From Malacoraja senta (lineage: Eukaryota): 64,000 bases of DNA. The stretch lies in contig CM075991.1 in NCBI GenBank assembly GCA_038087875.1, forward strand, positions 5,456,001-5,520,000, written 5' to 3'. Both the position numbers and the translations under genes were made by a program. Below, one piece after another: positions 1 to 11,095 of the stretch. Under the pieces are notes generated by a model, which had not been told where the DNA came from, searched no databases, and saw only the letters and a program-made list of their open reading frames with translations. Position 1 is the stretch's first letter, and every line of letters starts with the position of its first letter.

Positions 1-133
1 CCCCCCACCCCACACATACACAACCCAATATACTAAAATTTAACTGAAACAGGACAAAAGAAAACAACAAAAAAAGTAAAAACAGACGGACTGCAGGCGA
101 GCCGCTGCTGTACGACAGCGCCGCCACTTCCGG
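1..133 (-). mobile_element. 5' end of a GC-rich non-autonomous retroelement (same family as 24051 and 49416)
   Basis: The reverse complement ccggaagtggcggcgctg...gcagcggctcgcctgcagtccgtctg matches the end of the 49416-50231 copy. Confidence 0.55.
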
Positions 134-372
134 ATCATCCCCAATCAGTACCCCGTTCCTGCCTTCGCCCCATATCCCCTGACTCCGCTATCTTTAAGAG
201 CCCTATCTAGCTCTCTCTTGAAAGTATCCAGAGAACCGGCCTCCACCGCCCTCTGAGGCAGAGAATTCCACAGACTCACAACTCTCTGTGAGAAAAAGTG
301 TTTCCTCGTCTCCGTTCTAAATGGCTCACCCCTTATTCTTAAACTGTGGCCCCTGGTTCTGGACTCCCCCAG
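134..372 (-). mobile_element. CR1/HER1-type LINE 3' fragment
   Basis: Close reverse complement of 58050-58265 (SRTRGHSLRIR...RVVSLWNSLPQ). Confidence 0.85.
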
Positions 373-484
373 AACATCAGTTCCCTTTGGAATCTTTTGT
401 CACTCACCAACGCCAGGGGTAGTTTACAAGGTGAAATAACCTATCAACACGTCCATGCGATGTGGGAGGAAACCATGGGCTTAA

Positions 485-660
485 TGAAGGACCAGTCTCA
501 CCCCGGTCACTCGCTCTTCTCCCCTCTCCCATCAGGAGGTACAGAACTTTGAAAACGCACACCTCCAGATTCAGGGACAGTTTCTTCCGAGCTGTGATCA
601 GGCAACTGAACCATCCTATCACCAACTCGACAGCGGTCCTGACTTACCATCCACCTCATT
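485..660 (+). mobile_element. Rex1/Babar LINE 3' fragment
   Basis: HPGHSLFSPLPSG/RYRTLKTHTSRFRDSFF...IRQLN motif, shared with the ORF at 11273-12121. Confidence 0.75.
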
Positions 661-949
661 TGAATTACCATGAGCAAGTGCTTGCAAAACAGTTGTCTAG
701 TCTATGCTTGGGTCACACAGATATAAAACAGGCCACATTGGGAGATAAGTGGATTGTTTTTCAGTTGGTAATCAGTAAACAGTGGGTGCCTCAACAATCA
801 GTCCTGAAGCCTCAAGTATTTGTGCATTATGGTTCAACCAGGCCTGCTGACAGACAATATATCAAGCATTATTCTCTGTCAGAAATGTTATGCAGAGTTC
901 CAAATCTACAGATCACCATTCATTTCCATTCTAATATAATTCAGATGAC

Positions 950-2570
950 TAATAGGGTTGTCATAACAGGAGGTTTTAATTTTCCCAATATAGATGAGGA
1001 CAGCCTTAGCGCGAAGGGCTTCGATGGAGTGTAATATGTTAAGTGTGTTCAGGAAGTTTTCTCAAGTAATATGTAGAGGGCCTTACAAGGGAGAGGGCAA
1101 AGTTTGACCTACTCTTGGGGAAATGGGCAGGGCAAGTGACTGACGTGTCAGTCGACGAGCCTTTACGACCAGCGACTACAGTTCTGTTAGCTTTAAAATA
1201 GTTGTGGATAATGGACACAAGTTAAGGTTTCTAAATGGGAGCAAAGCTAACTTTAATGGGAAGGGTCTCAACCCGAAACATCATCCATTCCTTCTATCCA
1301 AAGATGCTGCCTGTCCCGTGAGTTCCTCCAGCATTTTGTGTCTATCTTAACTTTGATGGTATTGGACAGGAACTTGCAAAAGTTGATTGGAATCCGTTTT
1401 TGGTGGGGGAAAAGACATCTGGAAAATGGGATCTTTTAAAAGTGTGAAAGTGTGAGTGCAGATATATAGATAGATAGATAGAAGATAGAATGCCTTTATC
1501 GTCTTTCAAACAAACAGAGGTCTGAACGAATTTTCGTTCCCTGCAGTCATAACAGCAAAATAAACAACACACACAATTAGCACAGTTTCACACAAACATC
1601 CATCACAGTGAATCTCCAAACACCTCCTCACTGTGATGGAAGGCAAAAGTCTTATCTCTTCCCTGTTCTTTGTTCTTTTCCTGCGTCGAGGCGATCGAGG
1701 CTCTTGATGTTAAAGCCCCCGGCGGGCGATGGTGATCCTGTTAGAGTGATCCTGTTAGATTGAAGGGCAAGGTAGGGAAGAGTAAGGAACCCTGGATGAT
1801 GAGAGAAATTGAGGATCTGCTCAGGAACCAGAAAGACGCATGGATCAGGAATCGGCAACTGGAATCAAATGAATCCCTGGAGGAGTATAAGGAACTGTGG
1901 AGCAGACTTAGGAAGGAAATTAGGAGGGCAAAAAGGAAGCATGAAATAGCTCTTGCAGTTACGATTAAGAAGAATCTAAAGAGATGTTATATTTATATTA
2001 AGGGGGAAAGGGTAACTAAAGAGAGAATAGGATCGCTCAGAAACCAAAGTGGGTCATGTGTTTGTGGAGCTTTAGATGAGCAAGGAAATATTTCTCCTTC
2101 ACTTTTATAGCAACGTGAGACATGAAGATAAGTGTATTTGGGAAAGTTAATGCTGATGACAGTCCTTATTACAGTCAAGGAGATGCTGGATGTCCTTAGA
2201 CATATGACGGTAGATAGATTTCCCTGGCCTGATCAGATATATCCGAAGACATTGTGCGAAGCTTGGAAATAAATTGTATGAGACCTGGATGAGATATAAA
2301 TCATCTTTGGACATAGGTGAGAGGCCGGAAGACTGGAGGGTGGCTAAAGTCATGCCTCAATGTAAAAGGAGCTGCCAGGGCTGGGAAATATGGACTGGTA
2401 AATCTGACATCAAAGGTGGGAATGATACTGCAGACGATTCTACGGGATATTGTATGCATGTATTTGGAAAGACAGGGGTTGATTGGAGATAATCATCGTG
2501 GCTATGTGTGTAGGAGATCGTGCCTCTTCAATCTGATTGGATTTTTTGAAGAAGTAACTAAGAAGGTTGC
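950..2570 (+). mobile_element. Old fragmented CR1 LINE ORF2 (endonuclease to RT) interrupted by younger inserts
   Basis: Peptides RVVITGGFNFPNID, EPWMMREIEDLL..KEIRRAKRKHE, PEDWRVAKV and RSCLFNLIGFFEEVTK, with many stops and frameshifts. Confidence 0.85.
1465..1735 (-). mobile_element. 3' part of the GC-rich non-autonomous element, with (TCTA)n tail
   Basis: Close match to 49430-49650 (aaacatccatcacagtgaatctccaaacacctcctcactgtgatggaaggcaaa). Confidence 0.7.
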
Positions 2571-2574
2571 TATG

Positions 2575-2745
2575 AAAATGTGGGTTGGTAGGTTAATTGC
2601 CCTCTGTAAATTGCCTTGTGTGTGTAGGGAGTGGATGTGAAAGTGGGATAACATAGAACTAGTGCGAACAGGTGATCGATGGCTGGCATGGCCACGATGG
2701 GCCGAAGGGCCTGCTTCCATGCTGTATCTCTAAACTAAACCAAAC
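2575..2745 (+). mobile_element. HE1-like SINE, 3' half
   Basis: ggttaattg...gggccgaagggcctg...tgtatctctaaactaaa tail. Confidence 0.75.
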
Positions 2746-2814
2746 TGAATTTGCAGCAGCGTTTTGCGTGCTTTTGACTTCTATCCAACTGGATTCAAAT
2801 CCGGTGAACTTTTA

Positions 2815-3122
2815 TTTTAGTTTTGATTTCAGAGATAAAGCATGGAGCATGGAAACAGGCCCTGCATCCACGCTGACAACTGATCACCCATACACTAGTT
2901 CTATCCTACACACTAGGGACAATTTACAGAAGCCAATTGACCTACAAACCTGCTCGTCTTTGGAGTGTGGGAGGAAACCGGAGCACCCGGACGAAACCCA
3001 CGTGGTCACGTTCAATACTCATAACATGCAAACTCCACACAGACAGCAGCCGAGGTCGGGATCAAACCTGGGTCTCTGGCGCTGTGAGGCAACTGCCCCA
3101 CCAGTTACGCCACTGTACCGCC
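2815..3122 (-). mobile_element. HE1-like tRNA-derived V-SINE
   Basis: tRNA-like head with A/B-box-like motifs, central domain and CR1-like tail, matching other copies in the window. Confidence 0.8.
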
Positions 3123-3149
3123 CTTCATGCTTTTAGGCTGACATGCTCA

Positions 3150-3312
3150 TGCAGGCCTGAGGGAGTGCTGCACTGTTCAGGGTGCTGTTGTTCGGATGAG
3201 AGTTAGACTAGAAGCCTTACTTACCTCTCCAGGTGGACCCACCAGTTCCCATGGAGCTGTTTTGCAGAACAGGGCGCTATCCCTGGTGTCCTGTGGCCAA
3301 TATTTATCCCCT
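3150..3312 (+). mobile_element. Ancient DeuSINE (SacSINE1/AmnSINE1-like) Deu-domain fragment
   Basis: ctgagggagtgctgcactg...cggatgaga...caggtgga...ggtgtcctgtggccaatatttatccc; homologous to the reverse complement of 29320-29520. Confidence 0.7.
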
Positions 3313-3540
3313 CGCTTGGAACGAGTTCTGCTGTTGAGTTGTGCATCCTCCCCCGTTCCAATGTAAGATCATCATATTATCAATCCCAAGGGCTTCTATT
3401 GACTGAGTAAACAGACCAAGAATAGATTGGTAAGAGACTTTTTTATTCCAGAGAGAGCTCAAACAAAAGATACTTCTCAAGCCAGAGATTTCTGGGGCTA
3501 TGTTCTGTGATTGGCGTTGCTTTGCTCCTTTGGAAGTTCC

Positions 3541-4210
3541 AGTTTACAGTTCAGTTTAGTTTACAGTTTAGTTTATTGTCACGTGTGCAGAGGTACAGTG
3601 AAAAGCTTTTGTTGCGTACTATCCAGTCAGCGGAAAGATAATCCATGATTGCAACCGAGCCATTTACTGTGTAAAGATACCTAATAAGGGAATATTTAGA
3701 GCAAGATAAAGCCAGAAAAGTCCATTCAAGGATAGTTCGAGGGTCACCAATGAACCTTCTGAACCTTCTGAACCTTCTGAATTTTGTAGTCGGCAGGGCA
3801 GTACTCTGCATATCGCCAACTTGGACAATTCTACATTTTTATCAAGCCAATTAATCAAGCCAATTAACCTACAAACCTGCACGTCTTTGGAGTGTGGGGA
3901 GGAAACCGAAGATCTCGGAGAAAACCCACACAGATCACGGGGAGAACGTACAAACTCCATACAGACAGCACCCGTAGTCGGGATCGAACCCGGGTCTCTG
4001 GCGCTGCATTTTGCTGTAAGTCAGCAACTCTACCGCTGTGCCACCGTGACTGCCTTATGGGGTAGATTGTACTTCAGGACTGCTCTCTAGTTGTTGGTAG
4101 GATGGTTCAGTTACCTGATAACAGCTGGGAAGAAACTGTCTCTGAATCTGGAAGTACAATATGTGCTTTCACACTTCTGTACCTTTTGCCTGATGGGAGA
4201 GGGGAGAAGA
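3541..4210 (-). mobile_element. Rex1-type LINE 3' end split by an HE1-like SINE (about 3820-4050) and a (TGAACCTTC)3 run
   Basis: 3541-3752 and 4075-4210 are colinear with the uninterrupted copy at 60920-61200. Confidence 0.7.
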
Positions 4211-4499
4211 TTAATTGTGCACTATCTAAAAATAAGGAAGCTTTTAATTTTTACTACACTTTTACCATTACTTTTTCTTGAAGTCTGTCATAGTTCAGGA
4301 AGTTCTTTCTGAAGTGTAGTCACTGCAGGAATTTGAACAAGGGGGATACCAGACTTAATAATAAATTCACTTTTCATGACCTTTGGTTGAGGTTTAGGTA
4401 TTGACTTGCACAAGGGAGAGAAGTCCACAAATGAGCAATGCCACAAATCTATATTAAAATGCTTTTAAAAGGAAGTTATTCATAAATCAATTTAGTTCA

Positions 4500-4872
4500 A
4501 TTTGGTGGTGGTAGAGTTGCTGCCTTACAGCGCCATGGAACCCCATGGTTCGATCCTGACTGTGGTGACCAGCGAGCACCCTTACACTAGTTCTATCCAA
4601 AGAACTAGGGACAATTTACAAAACCCAATGAACCTACAAACCTGTATCTTTGGAGTGTGGGAGGAAATCGGAGCACCTGGAAAAAACGCACGCGGTCACC
4701 GGGAGAATGTACAAATTCCGTACAGACATCACCCGTAGTCAGGATCGAACCCGGTCTCTGGCACTGTAGGGCAGCAATTCTACCGCAGTGCCACTGTACC
4801 ACCCGTACAGCACGGAAACAGGCCCTGTCACTGCAAGGCAGCAGCTCTTCTGCTGTGCCACTGTGCCACCCC
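4500..4872 (-). mobile_element. Rearranged cluster of HE1-like SINE pieces
   Basis: A plus-strand head at 4503-4562, a minus-strand body at 4565-4803 and a tail-head junction at 4805-4872. Confidence 0.7.
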
Positions 4873-4959
4873 TTGGTGACCAAGAGCTCGGTAATGGGAT
4901 TATTCTGAACCATCTTCCTTGGCTATGAAGGTGTAAGCCATTTCCCTCTGTATGACTCC

Positions 4960-5465
4960 ATAAAAAATATCCTAACAGGATGCATCGCAACTTGGTTTGG
5001 CAGCTGCTCTGCCCAAGAGCGCAAGAAACTGCAGCGAGTTGTGGATGCTGTCTGTCATGTAATCCACCCTGCCCCCTAGATTCCATCTACACTAGACACG
5101 ACCTGGGGAAAAGAGCCAACCTAATCAAACACCAGATTCCAGTCAATCCTTCATCTCCCCTCTCACGTCAGGCAGAAGATAAAGAAACTTGAAAGTACAT
5201 ACTGTGTAGGGAGGAACTGCAGATGCTGATTTAAACCGAAGATAGACACATAAAGCTGGAGTAACTCAGCAGGTCAGACAGCATCTCTGGAGAAGAGGAA
5301 TAGGTGACGTTTCGGGTTGTCACATACCACTAGATTCAAGAAGGACTTCTTCCCCACTGTTGCCAGACTACTGAACAGTCCTCTCATCAACTAAGAATCT
5401 ATTGCTGATCTTCCAATCTATCACATTGTGACCATTGCACCTTTTTAAATCTGCACTTTCTCTAT
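4960..5465 (+). mobile_element. Degraded Rex1-type fragment containing a Penelope terminal-repeat insert (about 5205-5320)
   Basis: GCIATWFGSCSAQERKKLQRVV-like coding remnant. Confidence 0.65.
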
Positions 5466-6052
5466 AGCAGTCGTCCCATTGAAATGTGCGGCATAGGTTC
5501 ACGACAATAGTGCTAGCTCTGCTGCATGCTGTTCACTGCCAACATTCAGTGCTTCAGCAGATGAGGGATGAACAGCCTGTGTCTTCAGAGGAAGGATACC
5601 CACGTAGATTTGTACATGTTTTACATTGAGCCACAGTAATACTTCACTCCGCTGTTGCCGCTACCCCATTAAATTAATTGAGTCACCAGTCAGCATGTTG
5701 GTTTTGTGATTTAAAATTACGTTAGGCTGGAGTGTTTGACCTGAGTGAATTCACCCCACTCTATCCAATGTAAGATTAACATATAATTAGTGCAGTGTAT
5801 AGAAAGGAACTGTCGATGCTGGTACATACCGCAGATAGACACAAAATGCTGGGGTAACTCAGCGGGTCAGGCAACATCTCCTGGGAAAAAGGATAGGTGA
5901 CGTTTCCAACCTTCAGATAATGAGTGAAATCAGCTTTTGAGGTGAAACTGAAAATATAGGATAATGAAGCTGTCATTAAGAGATGCGCCTTTGCTCTCTG
6001 AACTATAAGGCAAACTGCCTTAATGCAAACAAGCATTAATACTATTGCTGTT

Positions 6053-6162
6053 AAAGAAGGACTCTGTCTGAAGAAGGGGTTTCGGCCTGAAACGTTGCCT
6101 ATCTCCTTCGCTCCATAGATGCTGCTGCACCCGCTGAGTTTCTCCAGCATTTTCGTGTACCT
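6053..6162 (+). mobile_element. Penelope-derived terminal-repeat unit with hammerhead-like core and 17-bp TSD
   Basis: TSD ttaatactattgctgtt at 6036-6052 and 6163-6179; core ctgaagaaggggtttcggcctgaaacgtt. Confidence 0.8.
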
Positions 6163-6369
6163 TTAATACTATTGCTGTTCAGATGGTGGAACTTATCCCC
6201 CTTTCTGGTGGGGAGAATGGACCGTGATTTAGACCCTAATGATACGTGAGGGGACAGGAACTACACAGCAGAAGCACAAGTGCTATTAAGTCAATACCAT
6301 GCCAACTAATGGGTGAGAAGATCAGAGCCAACGTAGCACTGGTATGGAAGACACTAGAGGAGTTGATGC

Positions 6370-6632
6370 GCACAGTGGCACAGCGGTAGAGTTGATGCCA
6401 GGGTTTGATACTAACTAAAGGTGCCTTCTGTACGGAGTTTGTACGTCCTCCCTGTGACTGGGTGGGTTTTCTCTTTGTGCTCCGGTTTCCTCTCACATTC
6501 CAAAGATGTGCAGGTTTATAGGTCAAATGGCTTCTGTAACAATTGCCCCAAGTGTGCAGGATTGAGCTAGTTGACGCTGACTTGGTGGGCCGAAGGGCCT
6601 GTTTCCACACAGTATCTCTAAACTAAACTAAA
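6370..6632 (+). mobile_element. HE1-like SINE
   Basis: cacagtggcacagcggtagagttg head and (ctaaa)n tail. Confidence 0.8.
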
Positions 6633-7039
6633 GATGAAACACTGGAGCTGGAGTAACTCTGCGGGACAGGCAGCATCTCTGGGGAGAAGGAATGGGTGAC
6701 GTTTTGGGTCGAGACCCTTTTTCAGACTGAACAAAACTAAAGCTTCTTTGATACTTCTATCTAATTTCCAGAGGCTGGAAATTGTGCATAAAAACAGCCA
6801 CCATTTCAGAGGAGATTTTGGCTAGTTTTACTCAGAGCACCCAGACTGATATTGCATTCAGAACAAACCATCAAGTGTTGTGTGCGGGAGAGCAGTTTTT
6901 GTGGTAACAAACACACATTGTATTCCTTCCTCCAAAGCCTGTTATCACGGTGCAAAATGATTATGAAGGAAGGAGCTCAAGACGTTATTGGGACTGGGTG
7001 GTGAGAAATGGTGGGAATTCAGAAGTGAAAGCAGAGACT

Positions 7040-7368
7040 TTAGACTTTAGGCTTTTAGACTTTTCGATTTTTAGACTTTAAACATACAGCGCGGGAACAG
7101 GCCCTTCAAACCACCTAGACCGCACCTACCAGGATTCACCCTGTATACTAACATTATCCTAACATTACACACTAGGGACAATTTGCAATTTGATCAAAAC
7201 CGGTTAACCTACAAACCTGCATGTCTTTGGAGTGTGGGAGGAAACCAGAGCACCCAGAGAAAACCCACGCAGTCACAGGGAGAATGTACATATTCCGTAC
7301 AGACAGCACCTGTAGTCAGGATCGAACCTGGGTCTCTAGCGCTGCGAGGCAACAACTCTACCACTGTG
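7040..7368 (-). mobile_element. HE1-like SINE
   Basis: Matches other copies; (tagactt)n tail. Confidence 0.8.
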
Positions 7369-7737
7369 AGACCCTGAGGGTTGTGGAGAAAGCCCAGGTG
7401 GGCTTACTGTGGTGGTGATATGGGTGGAGGGAAGGAGGTGTACAGGTGGTTTGGATGCAGAATGACAGAATGGGGCAGTTAATTGTTATGGTGTTTGGGA
7501 TGGGTGGGAGAGTTGTGGAGATGGTCAGGAGAGATTGGTGGGTGGCAGTGATCAGTACAATGACCATTTAACCAAGTACACACATGAAGGAAAATAGAGG
7601 TTTTAGCCTTCCTGACAATGACCCAGGGGTCTCAACCCACCTCAAGGTTGCATCGTAGGGGAAGAGCTGGGGGAACCCAGGTAACCTGAAGGATTCTGAT
7701 GAGGCTTCTGATGGCTGCAGGGAGGTGTGGACGACAT

Positions 7738-8148
7738 GGAGAGAGATGGGAGGTCACAGAGAGGTTGGAAGTCACAGTGAGAGGTTGGAGGTCACAGAGA
7801 GAGGTGGGAGGTCACAGAGAGGTTGGTCACAGGGAGAGGTGGGAGGTCAGAAAGAGAGGTTGGAGGTCACAGAGAGAGGTGGGAGGTCACAGAGAGAGGT
7901 TGGAGTTCACAGAGAGAGGTTGGAGGTCACAGAGATAGGTTGGAGGTCACAGAGATAGGTTGGAGGTCACAGAGAGAGGTTGGCCACAGAGAGAGGTTGG
8001 AGGTAGAGAGAGGTTGGAGGTCACAGACAGAGTTGGGAGTTCACAGAGAGAGGTTGGAGGTCACAGAGAGAGGTTGGAGGTCACAGAGAGAGGTTGGAGG
8101 TCACAGAGAGAGGTTGGAGTTCACAGAGAGAGGTTGGAGGTCACAGAG
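7738..8148. repeat. G-rich minisatellite, 20-bp unit GAGAGAGGTTGGAGGTCACA, about 20 copies
   Basis: Tandem array read directly from the sequence. Confidence 0.95.
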
Positions 8149-8913
8149 TGCGATGGGTAGTCAGTGATATTAATTTTAAATTCTTTGCTATGTTGGGCCG
8201 TGTACCAGAGCTGTCGATGAGCAATGGAGGGATATGTAGCTTGCCATCCACCAGGAGCTCTGCACCCTACCTTTTGTCCACCTCAAGTCTATGGCAGGAG
8301 GGAATGCGTCGCGGGGGGGGGGGGGGCACTAGGGGTGGGGGACAGAAGCTGCAATGAATAACAGGAGATGTTCATCCTTTGCTTCTGCCCGTGTAATATA
8401 AATATGTAAATTACCGATGCAATGCTAAAATAAATCGAGACTGTTTGATTTGTCTTGCTGTTCTGCTCAAGCCGTTTCCCGGGCTTGATGAGTCATGCTC
8501 TCCAGCATTTAATGTGTAATTTGAAGGCTGTAATGAGCTTGTGGGCGGGTTCACCACTCCTTATTAATTTTTTCTTCAGTAATTTATTCTGAATTCTGAT
8601 CCACATTTGCCAAAAACCCGAGTCGGTAAACATTGAGCAAGTAAGAAAGGGAATGTGAGGGGGCGGCCGGTATAACTGGAGGCCGGGAACTGCAGGTTTA
8701 AAGGTTGCACAATGTGTTTCTAGCCACATGTTTGGAGGCCCCATGGGGTTGGGGCTACAAGGGCAGCTGGTGGCCGGGAGGAGGGGGTCATTGTACTGCT
8801 GTGGAATCAACGAGACAGTCAGGGGAACGAATGCTGGTCGTTCTACAGAAATACCAAGAGAATGTCAGAGATAGATATGCCCTGTGAGAAGCTGGCATAA
8901 ATTCAGGAGCGTG

Positions 8914-9288
8914 CAAGGTCGTGGGGAGAGGTGGAAGGTCATGGGGAGAGGTGAAAGGTCGCGGGGAGAGGTGGAAGGTCGCAGGGAAGAGATGAAAGGT
9001 CGCAGGGAGAGGTGAAAGGTCGCGGGAGGGGCGGAAGGACGTGGGGAGAGGTGGAAGGTCATGGGGAGAGGTGAAAGGTCGCGGGGAGGTGAAAGGTCAT
9101 GGGGAGAGGTGAAAGGTCGCGGGGTGAGGTGGAAGGTCGCGGGGAGGGGTGGAAGGTCGTGGGGAGAGGTGGAAGGTCATTGGGAGAGGTGAAAGGTCGT
9201 GGGGAGAGGTGGAAGGTCATGGGGAGACGTAGAAGGTCACAGGGAGAGGTAGAAGGTCATGGGGAGAGCTGGAAAATCACAGAGAGGA
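8914..9288. repeat. G-rich minisatellite, about 20-bp unit GGGGAGAGGTGRAAGGTCRY
   Basis: Tandem array read directly from the sequence. Confidence 0.95.
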
Positions 9289-9289
9289 A

Positions 9290-9573
9290 ATAGGCCCTTC
9301 GGCCCACCAAATCCACGCTGACCAACGATCACCCCGTACACTAGTTCTGTCCTACACACTTTACAGAACATTTTACAGGGTCAATTTACAGAAGCTAATT
9401 AACGTACAAACGTGGGAGTGTGGGAGGTGGGAGTAAACCGGAGCACCCGGAGAAAACCCACACGGTTACGGAGAGAACGTCAAACCCCATACAGACAGCA
9501 TCTGTAGTCAGGATCAAACCTGGGTGTCTGGTGTTGTAAGGCCGCACTCTACTGCTACGCCACCATGCCACCC
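9290..9573 (-). mobile_element. HE1-like SINE
   Basis: Matches other copies in the window. Confidence 0.78.
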
Positions 9574-10234
9574 TGTCAGGAAGCGAACTCAGAGAAAGGA
9601 ACGGAGGCAGCAAACAGGTTAACCATCTGTTTATGGTTCATAGACTTGGGATGTATCCATGGATACTGCCTTACCTGCTGGGTGTTTCCAGCTTTTACTA
9701 TTTTAGTTTCAAATCTAACCTTTATCTGATGTACGCCTGTACAAACAAAAGCGGATTCTAAGAGCAGTCACCAGCGAGTGAGTGGGAGTAACATTTCCGG
9801 GCGATCTTAACTTACTTGTCCTGAAGATAAGGTGAAAGCTCCTAGCTCCCTAAATGCTGGCCAAGCCAATGTTTCCAGCACTTTGTTGATCGAAGTTGAA
9901 TCTTGCATTTTCCTTTTGCTTTGTTAATTATGAGGGAAGTTAATATTTCAGGTCGACGACCTTTCAACAAACCAACGCAATGGGACGAATCACTTCAGTA
10001 GAAGTTGCGATCACTGTCGTATATAGCATTGTAAAATATCAGTCTCTTTAATATCGTTAATATTTGGATTACTGCCGCGTGGCTTTGTAATATCACACGC
10101 TGTAAAAAAAAAGCAAGTTGTTGTTTTGGCAAATGGTCCAATGGAGAAGAGAGGTAGGACGTGCAACACCGTCTGAAGAAGGGTTTCGGCCCGAAACGTT
10201 GCCTTTCTCCTTCGCTCCATAGATGCTGCTGACC

Positions 10235-11000
10235 CAAGAGCGGAACTCGCTATGAAAACATGGAGGGGACGGGGGACACAAATTTTTTGCCGTCCGCGCG
10301 CACATGCGCACACTCACACACACGCGCGAGGCTTCGGAGGCTCAATCCAGCGCTAAATGCAGCTCAACTCTGCCTGTATCACCGGGTTAACTACAGCCCT
10401 GGCTGGACTGACGGGATACGAGCGCTGCTTCTCCGCGCTGGCCATATTTCCCGAAATCCAGAAAGGGCTGTAGGCTCACCTGGCGGGACAGGCAGAGTTG
10501 ACCTGGTTTAGCGCTGCTTCTCTGCGCTGCCTGTGGGCCTGGGGGCATCGCGCTGGTCTGATTCCCAACCAAAGATCCTATAGCGGAGGATCTTTGCTGC
10601 CGACCTCTCTGGCCACCCCCCCACCTGGGGGGGGTGGGGCACTCGGGACAGCGCCGGAGACCCGGCCGGGAGCGATCCTGCCTGCGGATGAAGCGCAGGT
10701 CTGTGCCACGTCTCCCTCCTCCAATAACCGCGCTCTATCCTCAGGCCCACCCCCCCACTCCTCCCACCTCCAATCATCGCACTGAATTATCATGTCCCGC
10801 CCCCATTGCCTGCTGACCGACGTCTCTCTCGTCCAATCGGCGCCCTCGATCTTCAGTCCCACCCCCACTGTCTCGCGGAAAGCGGAGATTTCATCGGGTT
10901 TTAAAATCCGGATCACAAAAACTTGGGGGGGATGTCCCCCACATCTCAAAACATGGGGGGGACGTGTCCCCTCTGGCCCCCCCTGGGTTTTCCGCCCCTG
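10235..11000. mobile_element. Non-autonomous hAT-like DNA transposon inserted in a Penelope terminal-repeat unit
   Basis: Ends caagagcggaa and ttccgcccctg (CAGGGGCGGAA-type terminal inverted repeat, TIR); TSD gctg-acc/gctgcacc. Removing it restores ccatagatgctgctgcacccgctgag as at 6114-6140. Confidence 0.72.
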
Positions 11001-11095
11001 GCTGCACCCGCTGAGTTTCTCCAGCGTTTTGTGTACCTTCGATTTTCCATCTGCAGTTCCTTCTTAAACACCACCTGTTATTGGTCGGAAAGTTC

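Noticed and set aside
7699..8167. Overlapping repetitive ORFs and a CRISPR-like periodic array
   Set aside because: Head-to-tail minisatellite with no unique spacers, in a vertebrate context with no cas genes
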